A stretch of DNA of 64,000 nucleotides. Source: Camelus ferus. Taxonomy: Eukaryota. Both the position numbers and the translations under genes were made by a program. Below the pieces are notes generated by a model. The model was not told the origin of the DNA, searched no databases, and was given only the letters and a program-made list of their open reading frames with translations. The DNA is taken from positions 22,756,001 to 22,820,000 of the forward strand of contig NC_045697.1 in assembly GCF_009834535.1 (NCBI RefSeq). The letters are read 5' to 3'. This document shows positions 38,592 through 52,238 of this stretch, piece after piece. How positions within the stretch are numbered: the first letter of the stretch is position 1; every line of letters begins with the position of its first letter.

Positions 38592-39078
38592 TGTATTTGT
38601 TTCTGTTGCTGCTGTAACAAATGGCCGTAAACTCGGTGGCTTAAAACAAGACACATTTATTATCTTATACATCTGGAGGTCAGAAGTTTGAAACGAGTCT
38701 TACAAGGTTAAAATCAAGGTGAGAGCAGAGCTGCAGCCCTCCTGTAAACTCCAATGGAGAATCTTTCTCCTTGCCTTTTCTAGCTTCTAGAAATCACCTA
38801 TGTTCATTGGCTGGTGAATCCTACCTCCATCCTCAAAGCATAGCTCCACAGTGTCTGCTTCCATCACCATGTCTCCTTTTCTAATTCTGACCCTCTTACC
38901 CCTTTCTTGCAAGCCCTGTGAGATTACATTGGCCAACTCAGATGATACAGGATGGTCTTCCCACCACCAGATCTTTAATCGTATCTTCCAGGTACACTGG
39001 CCATGCAAGGAGACATATTTATGGGCTCTGCTGTTGGGGACAGGGTCATCTTTTGGGGGTGCATTATTTTGTCTACAA
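38592..39078 (-). mobile_element. MaLR solo LTR (MLT1C/D-like)
   Basis: gctgctgtaacaaat...ggtggcttaaaacaa...tggaggtcagaagt...aaatcaaggtg...ccttgccttttctagcttctaga...gattacattgg...ggtgcattattttgtctaca. Confidence 0.92.
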
Positions 39079-39762
39079 GAGTACGGCACCCTGACTGACA
39101 GGGACAACAGATTTTATACAATGTGGGGAAAATATCTCTCCCAGAATAAATGTGAGTTGCTGACAAAAGCACAGCAGAAATTACAAGCAATGAATGTCAC
39201 TACAAAAAGAATTTATTACTTTTATGTGCATTATTTTCCCCAACCATTCTTTGTAAAACACTAATTAACAGTCTACCATGTATCAATTATTCTGCTTTTC
39301 TAATTATTCCGTTCATTCTGTAGATGAACCTAACATTATCCCTGCCCTTTAAATATCTTGCAGCTTCTTGTGTTTAAAAAAATTAGGCAAGGATCAAGTT
39401 TTGAAAATGCATCATCTTTGTTTAATAGTAAATTGGCGTTTGTATCGGATAATTTAAGTAGAAACCTCAGAGTCCAGATACTACTTCCTTTAGATAAACT
39501 CACGCCTCTCAAATTTAACACATCCTAAGCACAACTCAGCACTTGACCCCTGCAAACAGCACTCACACAGTAATACACTCACATACACACTTCTGTACTT
39601 TACTCGGTGGCAGTCCGGTTTGGGCATGGTCTGAAAATTACTGAAAAGTATTTCCTAGGAGAAAAATCTATCATGACTGTGGAACTGCCTACTTTTCTAA
39701 CATCTTAGATTGTTTCTTCCTCAACTTTGCAAACCCTTACAATGGGATTTATCTGCTGTGGT

Positions 39763-40098
39763 TGTTACGGACTAAATATTTGTGTCCCTCCTCCAAATTC
39801 ATGTTAAATTCTAACCCCCAATATGATAGCATTAGAAGGTAGCACTTCGGAGGCAGTGAGTAGATCATTAGGGTAGAGCCCTCATGAATGGGATTAGTGC
39901 CCTTATAAAAAGGACCCCAGAGAGTTGTCTTTCTACAAAGTGGGGATAACAAAGCCCTCTGCAACCCAAAAGAGAGTCCACACCAGAACCTGATCATGCT
40001 GGCACCCTGATCTGTGACTTCCCGTCCTCCGACTGTGAGAAGTAAATTTATATTGTTTATAAGCCGCTGTGTTATAGCAATTCAAACTGGCTAAGACA
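39763..40098 (+). mobile_element. MaLR solo LTR (MLT1A/A0-like)
   Basis: tgttacggactaaat...ccaaattcatgt...agccctcatgaatgggattagtgcccttataaaag...catgctggcaccctgatct...gttatagca...ctaagaca, with TG...CA ends. Confidence 0.92.
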
Positions 40099-41639
40099 GT
40101 CATCAACCAAACCTGCAACAAAATTTTATTCTATTTAAGCCACTACCATAGTTTCCATCCCCTCACCCACATCTTTAGCTGAAAGGCCATTTTAAGTCCC
40201 TACCTCCCTTCACATTTGCTTGGTAAAAATATTTTAATTTTTCAACACACAACTCATACGTGGCCCCTGTTTAATTTTTTATCTGTCTCCACAAAGGAAA
40301 TAAGTACTCCACCTATGTGTAACACATGCAATCTAATTAATTAATCGGATGTCTATGTTCATCCTATATTGTAATCCTTGTTTAAACATATACAACTTTT
40401 ACTGGAGAGTTCTCTGAAGTTGAGATTTAATGCACTGTCTGGCAAAATATGTAGTTGCAATAATGATTTTAATAAATTGCACTGAAATGAATTGAAACAA
40501 ATTGAAGTGAAAAATAAAAAGTGGTCATATTAGAAAACATTTAAGAGGAAGGCTTTCTCTGGGTGGCAAATAGTGAGCAGAGGTAATTGTAACTCCAAAA
40601 ATATTACCCTGCAAGTGGTGTAGATAAATTAAAAAAAAAAATTGGAGTTGGAAGTAAGATTCTAAAATAATTCATATGAGAAGAAGTAAGAGACAGAATT
40701 AGCACCATGGCTCTGAGAACGAGATATTGCTAACTTTGAGACTAACTTTCTATTTAAACTTTTACAAAAGTATAATTACTCTTGAAAATACTTGCTTAGG
40801 TCAACTTGTTCAAGGAAAGGTGTTTCCCAGGATATGGGGAGAAAAGAAAAATGTTCTCCAGATGTTACTCTGCACAGCAGCAGCAGAAGAATCTATCTGC
40901 TGTTACTATGTTTAATTTTTCTTCATAGGACTCCAATTACATCTTCAAGTTGTTTAATTTAGCCTAATCTTGTGAATTTACTTTAAAGTTCTTTCTGGGA
41001 GTTCTCTAGGCAGTGTCATGCAGTCTTTTGTAGCTAATAAATGGTAACAAAATCATTTGTTGTTATAGGCGACAGGAGTGTTTTTCAACATAGGATTAGT
41101 CCAGTGAAGTTATCACTTTTTGATTATTTGATTTCACTTGGTCCTTGTAATTGTTACCATGGAGATAGGAAAAATATTTTGGTTGGCCGCCAAAGTATGT
41201 AGGATATCATACTTTCTTTCCAATTTTGTTCTCCAGCCTAAAAATAATAGAAATAATTCTTACAACTTGTGTCATACCTCATTTTTAACACTCTTCACTG
41301 AAGTAATTCACTAAAGTAAATGAATTAGTTCTACTATCTCTGGAAAGTAGTTATTTTCTGTGTTTCAAAAATCATGTTTTGTTTTTTGTTTTTTTTTACT
41401 TTTCATATATGTATAGTTTAATCAGGTATTGACTAAAGCCGTGTTAGAGAAGACAATGTACACCTTAGGCAATGCTCTTGCTAAAGCAAGAATGGATTGT
41501 ATTTTCAAATATGTATGGAGTACAACTGGGTGTTTTGGCAGGTTTTTTTAACAGATATGTTTTCCACAATGATGGCAATACTATGTTTGCTTGTCAATTA
41601 GCTTAAATCCTGCTCAAATTTCTACCATGTGAGATATGA

Positions 41640-42275
41640 ACTAATAAATGTAGAAGGAATAATGTAATTTGTAAAATCACCATTTCAAAAAATCTATAGG
41701 AAAAATTGATTGATGAAAGAATCATGAATTGATGCTAAATAATGAGCTGGAGACTACTGAACAGACTATTTATATACTTTAAGTTATCACCTCACAGATT
41801 AATCATTCATCACAAAGGGAAATTGTATATTTTTACAGTATAACAATTAGGCAGACACCACTTTAATGAAGTGATGAGACTTAACATCGCCGACAATGAA
41901 ACAAATTGACATCATATGCCTCAGGGTGTGATACCCTGAGAATAACACAACATCGCCTATAAGGTAGTCCTGTAAAAAAAAAAATTAAGAACTTGAATCT
42001 AATTATGAGGAAATAATCAAGCAAGCTTAATTGAAGGACATTCTGTAAAACAAATGATCTGGAACTTAAATACATATATAGCAATGTTCTGAAAGTAAAT
42101 CAGTCAATCAATCATCAATCAGACTGGTAAACTGGAGTTTCAAAAGATATGGCACAGATCAGGTCCTGGTTTGGATAAAGAAAAGAGTTTAAAAGACATT
42201 TTTGGCTAATGGGAATTAGAATTTTGACTTCAGTGGGAAAACTGTATTGTGTCAATATTCGGTTTATTAAATGCA
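41640..42275 (+). mobile_element. old LINE-1 3'UTR (L1MC/ME-like)
   Basis: ggcagacaccacttt...ttaacatc...gacatcat...tgaatctaattatgaggaaa...aattgaaggacattct...aaaacaa. Confidence 0.75.
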
Positions 42276-42429
42276 GCCAGTCTGGTCAGAAATGAGTATG
42301 GAGTATATGACTTAAATACAAAGAGCCCTCCACTTGGTCTTGTACTTACTTCTAGTTACTAACTTACCTTTCAGCATCACTCTATTTCAGAATTCGGCAA
42401 AAAGTTGTGTAGATAATTATACCTGATCT

Positions 42430-43640
42430 CTCCCTTTCACTTTTCAACCCACTGAAGTTTAGCTTCCAATGTCACCACTTATGAAATTTGTCCTGCCATT
42501 CATTGTAAATCCAATGGCATTATTTCAATGGTTCTCATTTTTCTCTTCCACATTTAACACCTCCCTCAATCTCTCCCTGTTCCTAATTTCTGGGACACTA
42601 TCGTCTCCTTCAAAGTTTCTGCCTCTCAGTTTTTTCTTCTTTTTCTGTTAGTTTCTCTTTGTCCATTTCATATAGGTTGGTATTTCCAAGGCTTTTTGTC
42701 TTCATCACGATTTCTTCCCATTTTATGCATTCTTCATTGCTTGTTGTTAATTGGCTCTAACATTTCTACTATCACATTTGTACAAGTGACTCAACCTACC
42801 TGGCTACCTCAAACCTGCCTGCAGCTCTCTACATCCAAATACCTGCCAGCAGCCCCTGCCTGGATGTTCTAAGAGTCCCTCTAGCTTAAAAGATCCAACA
42901 TTAAACTTGTTATTTTATTCCCAAATCTACTTTTCATTTATTTATAATTTATGTAAATATCTTCCCTACTGAAAAATCTCTGGGTTCAGCATAGCTCTGT
43001 TGTGTTTATTCATCAATACTCACTGAACAGTGAAGATCATACCAGATATTTTCCATTCACTTTGAATTAATCTCTAAACCTTGCAATAATAGCTTTACAA
43101 TGTCACAAAAATCTGCTCTGTCTTGCCCCTAGTCAATGACGTTAGCTAAATCCAAATAGTCCACTACTTTTTTTGGATGAAGGTAATAATTTCCTTGTGT
43201 CTAGACCGACTTGCTCCTTTAGAGTCCCCGATTTGCATAAGTGGTCTTTCTTCCTTATGGGTGGTATTTTTCACTGCCCTCATCAATACTCTTCACTTAC
43301 TCCCCATAGTCTTCAGAACACGTTTTAAATTTTGGTGCATAACATACAAAGTGATTCCTCATTTGCCTTGTGAATACTGATCCAGGCTCATCTCCACTTG
43401 CTCCGTCACTCTTTACACTTGAAAAGTAACTGTGTTTCTTTGAACAAGCTATGCTTTCGTGTGTCTCAAGCCTTCACATTTGTAGTTACTTTTTGCATGG
43501 ATGTTCTTTCCTCAAGTATTCATCTGGTAAATTCTACATATTCAGGTTCAGATGCTACCTCCTCTGAGAAACCTGTCGTGATTACATTTGGCATATTCCA
43601 ATACTACTTCAGACACGGTTTTCTTGTGCCTTGTCTGCAT
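42430..43640 (+). mobile_element. LINE-2 fragments
   Basis: Pyrimidine-rich degraded L2 ORF2 and 3' motifs (aaatccaatggc, cctggatgttc, tactccccatagtcttcagaa, cctcctctgagaaacct). Confidence 0.65.
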
Positions 43641-44254
43641 TAAAGCAGTTTCTCAGTGATTTCGTTGGTGGTAACAGTAGTAGTTACTGACTGGTATGAA
43701 CTGATTGGGGTCTCCTGAAGACATGCAACGAATTTAAACTGACAGGGAGCATGCGTACAATTGTAATAAGCATTAATAGTGTGATACACATCCGTATAAG
43801 CACAAAGGAATTTGTTGGATATTGTTTAATCTATTTATTCATTTCTTTGATCAGATACTAACAGCCTTGTTTTAGACATAGAATCAAAGAACAGAATAAC
43901 TTCTGCAAAGTCCTGGGTTACCTTTAATCATTTAGAATCACAATACAAATCAGTACAGCTATGAGAATAAAGCATTCTACTTTAATTTAATGTGTCTCTA
44001 AATCTCCATAGCTTCCCAAATCATCTGCTAGTAGCAATTTATAAAGACAGGTTCTATTGGTCATTCTGACAGTCTACTTAATTTTTAAATTGCAAAATGG
44101 TGTTATTACAATAAAGTTTATTTTTATGATGATAGTAATTCATACTCAATGTAGAAATTTTGCTAAAATATTTTACAAAAGAACATCAGCCGAAAGGTAA
44201 CTCAGCATTTTGGTATATTTTTTCTAGTTTTCTTTTTCAAGATTCTGTATTACA

Positions 44255-44475
44255 GTGTCAAAGCAAATGGGCTTTGTAATCAAAACTGGATTTTGACGTT
44301 GGATCCAGCTACATGAAACTGAGTAAGTTATTTAGCTAGTCTGTGACTTGTGTTTCTCATCTATAAAATGATGATAATAATATTTCTATCATAGGTTTAT
44401 TTTTGAAGACTAAACAGAATTATGCATGTAAGGTGTTCAGAACAGAGTCTAGAATTGTGTGTGCAATTAATAGAT
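44255..44475 (+). mobile_element. MIR SINE
   Basis: agtaagttattta...ctgtgacttgtgtttctcatctataaaatgatgataata...atgcatgtaaggtgttcagaacag. Confidence 0.85.
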
Positions 44476-45068
44476 ACTGGCAATTTGTGTATGTTTTTTC
44501 ATTTTGTGGTCATGGTATAATTTACTATTTTATACTGTGATTTACTCATTTTATATAATAACTTAGGATTTTTCATGTGCTATAATTTTCCAGAGTGTGT
44601 AATAACTTTAATGATATATATCTTATCAAAAACAAAATAAAACATCCCGTCTTCCTGAAATACTCTCCATTTACAGTCATTAAATTTTTTACAAAAAAAT
44701 TTTACCTGTATAAAGTAATACACAATCTATTTTTGAATGTTGAGACTCTTTGGGATAAAAGCTGAAAACAGTGCAAGCATTTCAGAACATCAGATGTTGT
44801 ACAGACAAAACACCTTCACTGTAGCTTAAAAAATTTGCATTTTTAGTGAGATATTTCACAAAAAAGAGTAGTGACTGATTCATTTCATCTTTTCCACTAC
44901 TGCAAAATCACCTTAGTATTTCATATTATAGAAACCTAAAATGCATTGGTCTGTGATGGGCCTTCTGAACTACAGAAACCATGCTTTTATAGTTTCATGG
45001 TTGGACTGTAGTTGTGTAATATAATTGGAAATGATCTTGCTTGACATTACAAAAAATCAGTGAAATAT

Positions 45069-45153
45069 AAGTCTATTTTTTAAATGGATAAATTTAATTC
45101 ATACAGATAAAAGTCTATTTTTAAAATGGTCCAATTATAATTCATATATATAA
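45069..45153 (+). repeat. two-copy tandem duplication of about 42 bp
   Basis: aagtctattttttaaatggataaatttaattcatacagataa versus aagtctatttttaaaatggtccaattataattcatatatataa. Confidence 0.8.
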
Positions 45154-45447
45154 TTACATATACTCATTTTCCTGTCAATGGCTGCCTGATCCTTTATCTA
45201 GATCTTAGTATGTTTGCCTTAGGAAAGTATGCAGATAAACCTAGTGCTAGTCTTTACATCTAACTCCCCAAATCCATGTAGAATATATGATATTTAGTAA
45301 TATATTCTGTGGCCATGATCTTGTTCCTAAGTTCTGCTGTTTGATATATGCTGGCTTGAAAAGAATCTTCAGAACAGGAATTATGAGTCCTTTCATATGT
45401 CACCTAAAATTACTTGTTTTCTGTTTGTTTATTTTTTTCTCAGTCTA

Positions 45448-45514
45448 ACACACACACACACACATACATACACACTCTCTCTCACATCCACGTACACACA
45501 CACACACACTCACA
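45448..45514. repeat. interrupted (CA)n microsatellite
   Basis: Read directly from the sequence. Confidence 0.9.
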
Positions 45515-47317
45515 AATATGTATGTGGGCATGTTGTGTGTTTTAAATAGGGCATAGCATGTTCAGTGATATAAAAATATATTTACAGTCTCTGCCATTAA
45601 AAAAGTTTAGGATCTAATGTTGATGTGTATCAACAACAGAAACAACACAATAAATAGCATGTATTGTGTTCTGTGCATTTTGCTAAATCTTTGTGCATAT
45701 TATCTAACATAATTTTAAAAATTAAACTTCTCATGGAGTTGGTCTTATTATCTGTGTTTTACTGAATGAGGAATGAAATAAGGAAACAAAACAAGAAAAA
45801 GTAACTTTCCATAGTTACACACCACGGAAACCAGTTACACCTGACACCAAATGCTATCAAGTTAGTTCTATTGCACCATTCTGGAAAAGTGAGAGGAGAC
45901 ATCTAAGAGAGATGTTATTTGGTTGCTAGAGAACTCTGAAAGGGAGCATCCAACCATGGTGGAGAAAACAGGAAGTCTTCATATATGTTATAATATTTGA
46001 GGGAATACTTAGTAAAAGAGTTGTAGCTAGCTAGGGCTCAAGAACAAAAAAAGGGGTTTCAGGAAGATTCTTGCTTATTCATTCAATTTGGAGAATTGTT
46101 ACATAGGTACTTTGGTTTCCTAAAAAAGAGTTAGTAAACAACATAAAGAATCTTCTGGTAATCTAAAACCAAGTTAAAATTTCCTCATATGGGATTTCAA
46201 ACATTTTAGCTAGTGTGATTCATGAAAACAAAGGTTTTATCTAAACAAGGGCAAATGTAAGACCACGGTAATAATTTAGATAAATCAAGAAAAATCATTT
46301 CCATACTTACCTACTCTCTAACTTCACTGGACTGCCATATCTTGAGAATTTTGCATCTATTTAACCTTAATTTGCTTATATAGGCACGTTGTGTCTTGAA
46401 TGAATGGAACTCTTGTTGGAAAGGAGGGATTCAATTTTCTATATTTGGTTCTCTTCACAGAAAAATGAAACTATGTAGAAAATATACTGTACCTGATATT
46501 TAGAGAGAAAATTTGTTTAACATAAACATTTTTCTGGACCAGTTTTGTATGTTAAATTAGTGATCACACATGTTTTATTGCCAAGTTGGTGTAATAAATC
46601 TCCCAGATGCCAATACCATCTGCCCATCTATGCCCACTTGCAAATTTCATGTGTCATTTTGTACCTGCCATAGTTCCATAGTCGCTCTGCTCAGCATCTG
46701 CCCTGAGTTAAATGTTTCCTTTACAAATCACAATTAATGGGAACATCCTGAGTTGTGAGTAAAGAATTTGTGAAAAAAAAATTGTCACCCATCCCAAAAT
46801 ATAGCCTGAGATGTCACTGAACAGATGTTGAACTAAAATAAGTGTGATAATATAAGACACAAAAATACTGTATCTTGCTGATTTGACTAGGTGGATTTTA
46901 TTTCTTTTCTCTATTTCTATGATTGTTTTCATAATGCATTTTAGGAAATAAAAGTGATCTGAAAATGTAAGTAGCCATATAGAAAAGTAATTAAACCACA
47001 AGTCAATTTGTTTTGTAAATTGTGTAAGAAAAAATTTGAGAATTGTGGCTTATACAGCCCTTGTTTCTTCTATTTGAAGCCTATAGAGATATTTTTCTGG
47101 GCTGAAGTATTTTGACTGGATTCTAAATCTGGTATTTCCACTTTTAACTTGTTAAGTAGCCATTTGGCAGTCAAAATCATTTAATCAGTACACACTTTAT
47201 ACAAATCATTTTAAAGGAGAGTTCAAAAAGGTATAAAACATGTAAGTCTTCAGGTGCTTACAAAATGTAGGTATACAAACTGAAAAGTTAAGAGTCATTA
47301 AGTACAAAATATAGTTC

Positions 47318-47822
47318 TGTTACCAAGTCCAAACTCATTCCGCTCACTGCAGGACTGGCCAATAAACCAGGAGATTAGGTGTTGCAGCGAGGAATAATGA
47401 CTTTATTCAGAAAGCCAGCCGACTGAGAAGATGGCAGACTAATGTCCTGGAGAGCCATCTTTCCAGGTCAGAATTTAGGCTTGTTTTATACTAAAAGTGG
47501 GGTTTGGTTGGTTGTTGGAAACTTCTTGGTGTCAGAATCCTTTGTTCTTGCAGTTGTCCAGTAGTAGGTCAGGTCACAATGTCCCTGTAAACCTCCAACA
47601 ATACAAATGTTATTCTCTGTTCTGCAACTTTTTATCTTTATTTGAATGTAAAACTGTTATACCCTTAAAGGTCTGAGGGGCTATCCTGCATGTTTCAGGC
47701 TATAGGCAACATTCTTTAACAAAATGTGCAGAACAATCATGACTAAGCACAGAAAACAGAGCATGGCGTTAGAGCTAAAGAACGGAACTACTATGGAATC
47801 AAATTTTTTCTTTCCTATTGCA
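47318..47822 (-). mobile_element. ERV1-class solo LTR of about 505 bp
   Basis: TG...CA termini (tgttacc...ctattgca); 4-bp TSD-like flanks gttc/gttt; minus-strand TATAAA (about 47490) upstream of AATAAA (about 47405); ERV1-type motif gactttattcagaaagccagccgactgagaagatggcagacta. Confidence 0.85.
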
Positions 47823-48139
47823 GTTTCTATGTGATTCTTAATTAAGACTCTAGGAGCAGAACTGCAAAGTTAGACTAATACTAGTTGTACAGGATGGCAA
47901 ATTAAACTGTCAGTCACATGTTTAAAAAAATGACAAATGGAAGCCGAAAGATAAAACTGTTGAAACAATTATAATTTCAGGAAGTATGGTTAAGACATTA
48001 GCTCCACTTAACCTCTTCTAAATTTTCCTTCAAAAAGATAAGGCCACTTAGTAAAGGTGGTGTGTGTCAAGTTTCTCCATGGAAACCTATCATATGACTT
48101 CTGTTATTTTGCACCTATAAAGGTATGTTTGTACTGTTT

Positions 48140-48870
48140 TTGCAGGAAAATATGAATTTAATCAGGAGGAAACATCAGGTAAAATCAAATTGAAGAACAT
48201 TCCACAAAATAACTGACGAGTGCACTCCAGGAGTGTCAAGGTCATGTAAGTAAGAGAAGGATTAAAAGAGACTAAAAAGACAGAACTAAATGCAATATGT
48301 GATCCTGAACTGGAGGCTGTATTAAAAAGGAACATTAGTTGGAAACTGGTGCAATTTTAATGCAGTATATAGATATTTATAGTGGTTTATCAATGCTATT
48401 TTGCTGGTATTGATAGCTTTACTGTAGTTAAGTTCAGAGGGCTGGGTGAAAAGTTCATGTGAATTATTTGGACTATTTTTGTACAATTTTTGTAAGCATA
48501 AAATTATTTCAAAATAAAAAGTTAAAAGGAGAAAAATTCGAGCCATGATTGAAACATTACATTTTATATAAATTTAAAAGCCAAACAACAAAAAAACTTG
48601 AAAAACAAATATTGAGTTCTAGTCAATGATTTGCAAGCTAAAAATAAAATTGTACTAATGTCTGCAATTTACCTTGATATACATACATATACACACATAT
48701 ATACATATATAGATTTTAATAGATGATAGAAGAATGGACAGTTGATTAGATGTTAATTAAGTATCACAAAACATAAATGGGAGAAATCCATTTTGTTGGT
48801 ATGAAGATGTTCACTGTAAAATGTTATAAACTTTGCTATATGTTTTATAAGTTGTCATACCAAAATGGGG
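48140..48870 (+). mobile_element. old LINE-1 3'UTR pieces (L1MC-like)
   Basis: gaggaaacatcag...aaattgaagaacattccacaaaataactg...aactaaatgcaatatgtgatcctg...aaaattatttcaaaataaaaagtt, then a second 3'-end piece at about 48600-48870. Confidence 0.8.
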
Positions 48871-49394
48871 AAGAAGATAAAGTTGTAAGACTGAAAAATC
48901 CAGTACAAAAATTGGCAGATAGATTAATTCATTCAAAGAAAATAATTTTATTATTTTCCTTGCATTTCTCAAAGATGGTTTTTACTTTCTTTTGTTTGGT
49001 TTTTGGCACTTAGTGGACACAGTCTATTAGTTTACCCACAAATAATGATCTTTATAGAAGGAGCAGCTAATTTATTTCGGTATACAACAGTTGGGATTTC
49101 ATTTTCCACATCATCATATATTTATTTATCTTTCCCCACTGCTGATATACTTCAGCTATATTTTTTCCCAGAACCTTACATAGAACCTGAGTATAATACT
49201 TACACAAATATGCTTGGTGAATAAACAGGTGTATGATTATCCATAGTAAATCTTTAATGTTTTTATCATTAAAATAGAATTGTGAATGAGTATGAAAGCT
49301 GTAAAATAGTTCAAACATTTTGTCATCGGGAACTAGTGGTCTTGAATAGAATAAAGTAGGTTTCTAATATGATCTTTCATCTTTTTTCTGGAAA

Positions 49395-50050
49395 AAAATA
49401 TTTATTATTTTCTGATTATAGAAATGATATGCAATCATTTTGAAAACCTGAAGGATGTAGAAAAGGATACAGAGAGAAAAAGAGTAAACATTACATTTAA
49501 TGTTACCATCTTGAGAAAATTATTATATTTCAAATTATGTGAATTAGTTTTTCCATTTAACGCTGGATCACAAGTGTTCCTTTTGTCACAAAACTATTCT
49601 TAAAGACATAAGTTCAAATGACTACACAGTAGCCTATCATGCAGATATTTACCAATTTTATTTCCTACACTTTTGTTGATAGAATTTAGTTTCCCTTCCC
49701 CCTCAAGTTCTTATTTAAAATTTCTGATGGAAAGATTTATGTATAAGTAAATAGAAAGATATCTTTCAGGCTATGATTTTTGTTGTAGTTGTTGTATTTT
49801 AAGTTGGGTTTACAAGGATTTGTGCTATATTTTATGATCTTGTGCTATATTTTATTATCATATTTTCTCCAGAGCTAAATATTACACTAAAAATATATAT
49901 TTGCTAATTTGTTGGATAAAAAGCTGGCATCTTGTTTTAATTTTTTATATTTTGATCATTAATTGGTTAGAATGTTCTTTGAATTGATTATTTACAATTT
50001 GTAGCCCTATTTTACTTTTACATTTTCATGTGTTCTTTAAACCTTATATA
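49395..50050 (-). mobile_element. very old LINE-1 (L1ME-like) 3' fragment
   Basis: Degraded antisense L1ME 3'-end motifs (ttttctgattatagaaatgatatgc; ttgctaatttg...aaaa...ggcatcttgttttaatt). Confidence 0.5.
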
Positions 50051-50198
50051 TGTTAATTTAATCATATGTTTCTGATTTTCATTCTGACACTTTCAACTAC
50101 ATTTCTGTTGTAAGAAATATGTAGGTATTTACTTCCTTTCTCTAAATTCAAGATACAAAATGTATACATCACATTCTCTTAATTTGTGGTTTTTTATA

Positions 50199-50229
<31 letters not shown>

Positions 50230-50246
50230 GTATATATATATATATA
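50199..50246. repeat. compound (TG)9(TA)n microsatellite
   Basis: Read directly from the sequence. Confidence 0.93.
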
Positions 50247-52238
50247 GTTTTCTAAAATGTTCTAGAGTATACGTGTATGTGTTTATATGTGTTTATATAT
50301 AACTCCCTCTTTCTATACAATTTAGGACAATTTCCTGACCTTTTCCTACACATAGCTTTTATTTTAAAATTGCTAATAATTTTTTTAGGATTTCTCTCAA
50401 AAGAACTTGAGCAGCTCCCCAGCTAATATTTTTTCAGAAGCAGAACTTGTGACCAATTCTCAGGGCTCCCTCAAGGTGACAAAGTGTTTTGTTCTGTTTT
50501 GGTTTACTTCATGGACATTAATTACTTCCTTTTCATTCAGAGATGAATGTTGCACCTAGCACTGCAGGGGTAGCCAATAAGTTTTACATGTTACTAGTTA
50601 TCTTTCTCAGAATCAGACAATTAAATATTTAAATTATTTCTGCTTGTATTTCAAGCAGCAAGCTCATAGCTGTAGGTTTTGCATTATCTCTGAAAAATCC
50701 TCATAAGCAATTGAGTTCTTTAAAAATTTTGATTCTTTTGTTACAACATTTAAGCCCTCATATAAAAATGATTCCATTATGATTATACAAGTTCCTAAAA
50801 GACTACATGCAGAAAATAATCTGAGAATAATAATGAGATATTTTCTAAAGAAATTCTTTAAAAGGCATTTTCAAGCCTGACCTTGGAATTATAATTTGGT
50901 CCAAATTTGTTTTGTAAGTTATATTCCATTTAATAATTTCAGTTTACATTCACAATTGAAATTTTGTAATAATGTTTACATAACCCATCTGGATCGCCCT
51001 CTTTGTCTAACCATTTCCAAGACTTAGTAATAATACTACCAGCTTACATTAATTTAGGCTTATAACATAACCTGGCCCTGTCCTAACAGTGTTACATGAT
51101 TTTTTTCCCTCTATTTTGTGGAATATGGGGTGGGTTCCATTATTATCCCCAGGTTTTTTGAATCACAGTTTAAAGAACTTGTCCAAGTTTCTAGAGCCAT
51201 TATTTAACAGAATCAGACTTTCACATTAACATGAGCCATGACCTCTTAACTTCTCTGTAAGATTGCTAGTACTTTAAACCATAATTTCTCCATTCTTTTC
51301 TAAAACTTTCCCCTCTATGTTTCTCAAAAGTTACTCATCTCTTTGCAGAATAGTATGTTTTCAGATAGTTGTGCCAGGAAGAGTAAATGGGCAATGCATC
51401 TTATGAACCCTTTTATATTTGATAACATTGCTCTATGGCTTTTCCATCTGAATAGATACTTGATTATTATTACAATAATCCTGGGATTGAATCCTACTAT
51501 TAGTATAATAACAGGCAATTGACCTGCCTGAAATCAGTGTTTCATCTAAAAGTGAAAAAACTAATATCCTTCCAGCTCATGGGATTGTTTCGAGGCTTTA
51601 ATTATATATCCCTCATAAAGAAGAAACATAATCAACTGTAGATTACAATAATTATTCTTCTGACGTATTATTATCATCTTTATCCATAAAAGTAACACAG
51701 CTGTTGTTGTTATCATTATTTTAATTAATACCTTGGTAGAGAATTTTTCAGTTATCCCTCAAAACTCTCAAAGATTTCTCCATATGCTTCAGGTAATTTA
51801 AATAAAAGAAACCTGAGTCCATCCTCATTTTTTAAAATATATTTTTTTCCTTCCCTTCTATTTGCTGGATGCTGCCTGTCGAAATGTTTTTCTTTTTTTT
51901 TTCTGTTTTTTTGCCATGATGCTTTTAAGTATGACTTGTTTATATGTTTTATAGTGAATCTCTTTATAGAACATATTCATGACTATTATTTATTGTTAAA
52001 GAAACTTTTCTTCTGTTACAAATGTTGTGATTGCTTTCCATAACACTCTTCATATACTGGATTTAGAATTTCTCACAAGTATGAATTGTACCACAATGAT
52101 GATGTACCAACAATGATGTACCACAATCGTCTAGTCAATTTCATTTTTAATCCATTTATAATTTACATGTTATTTACTTCTAGAGTATTTGAAATATTAA
52201 TGTGTCTTATTATTCCATTCCTTTAAAACATTGTGCTT

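Noticed and set aside
38787..39264. Longest ORFs (137 aa +, 106 aa -, 71 aa -)
   Set aside because: They lie largely inside an MLT1 LTR and show no protein-like features.
41920..41940. Hairpin ctcagggt-gtgat-accctgag
   Set aside because: Short 8-bp stem inside an old L1 3'UTR, within chance expectation.
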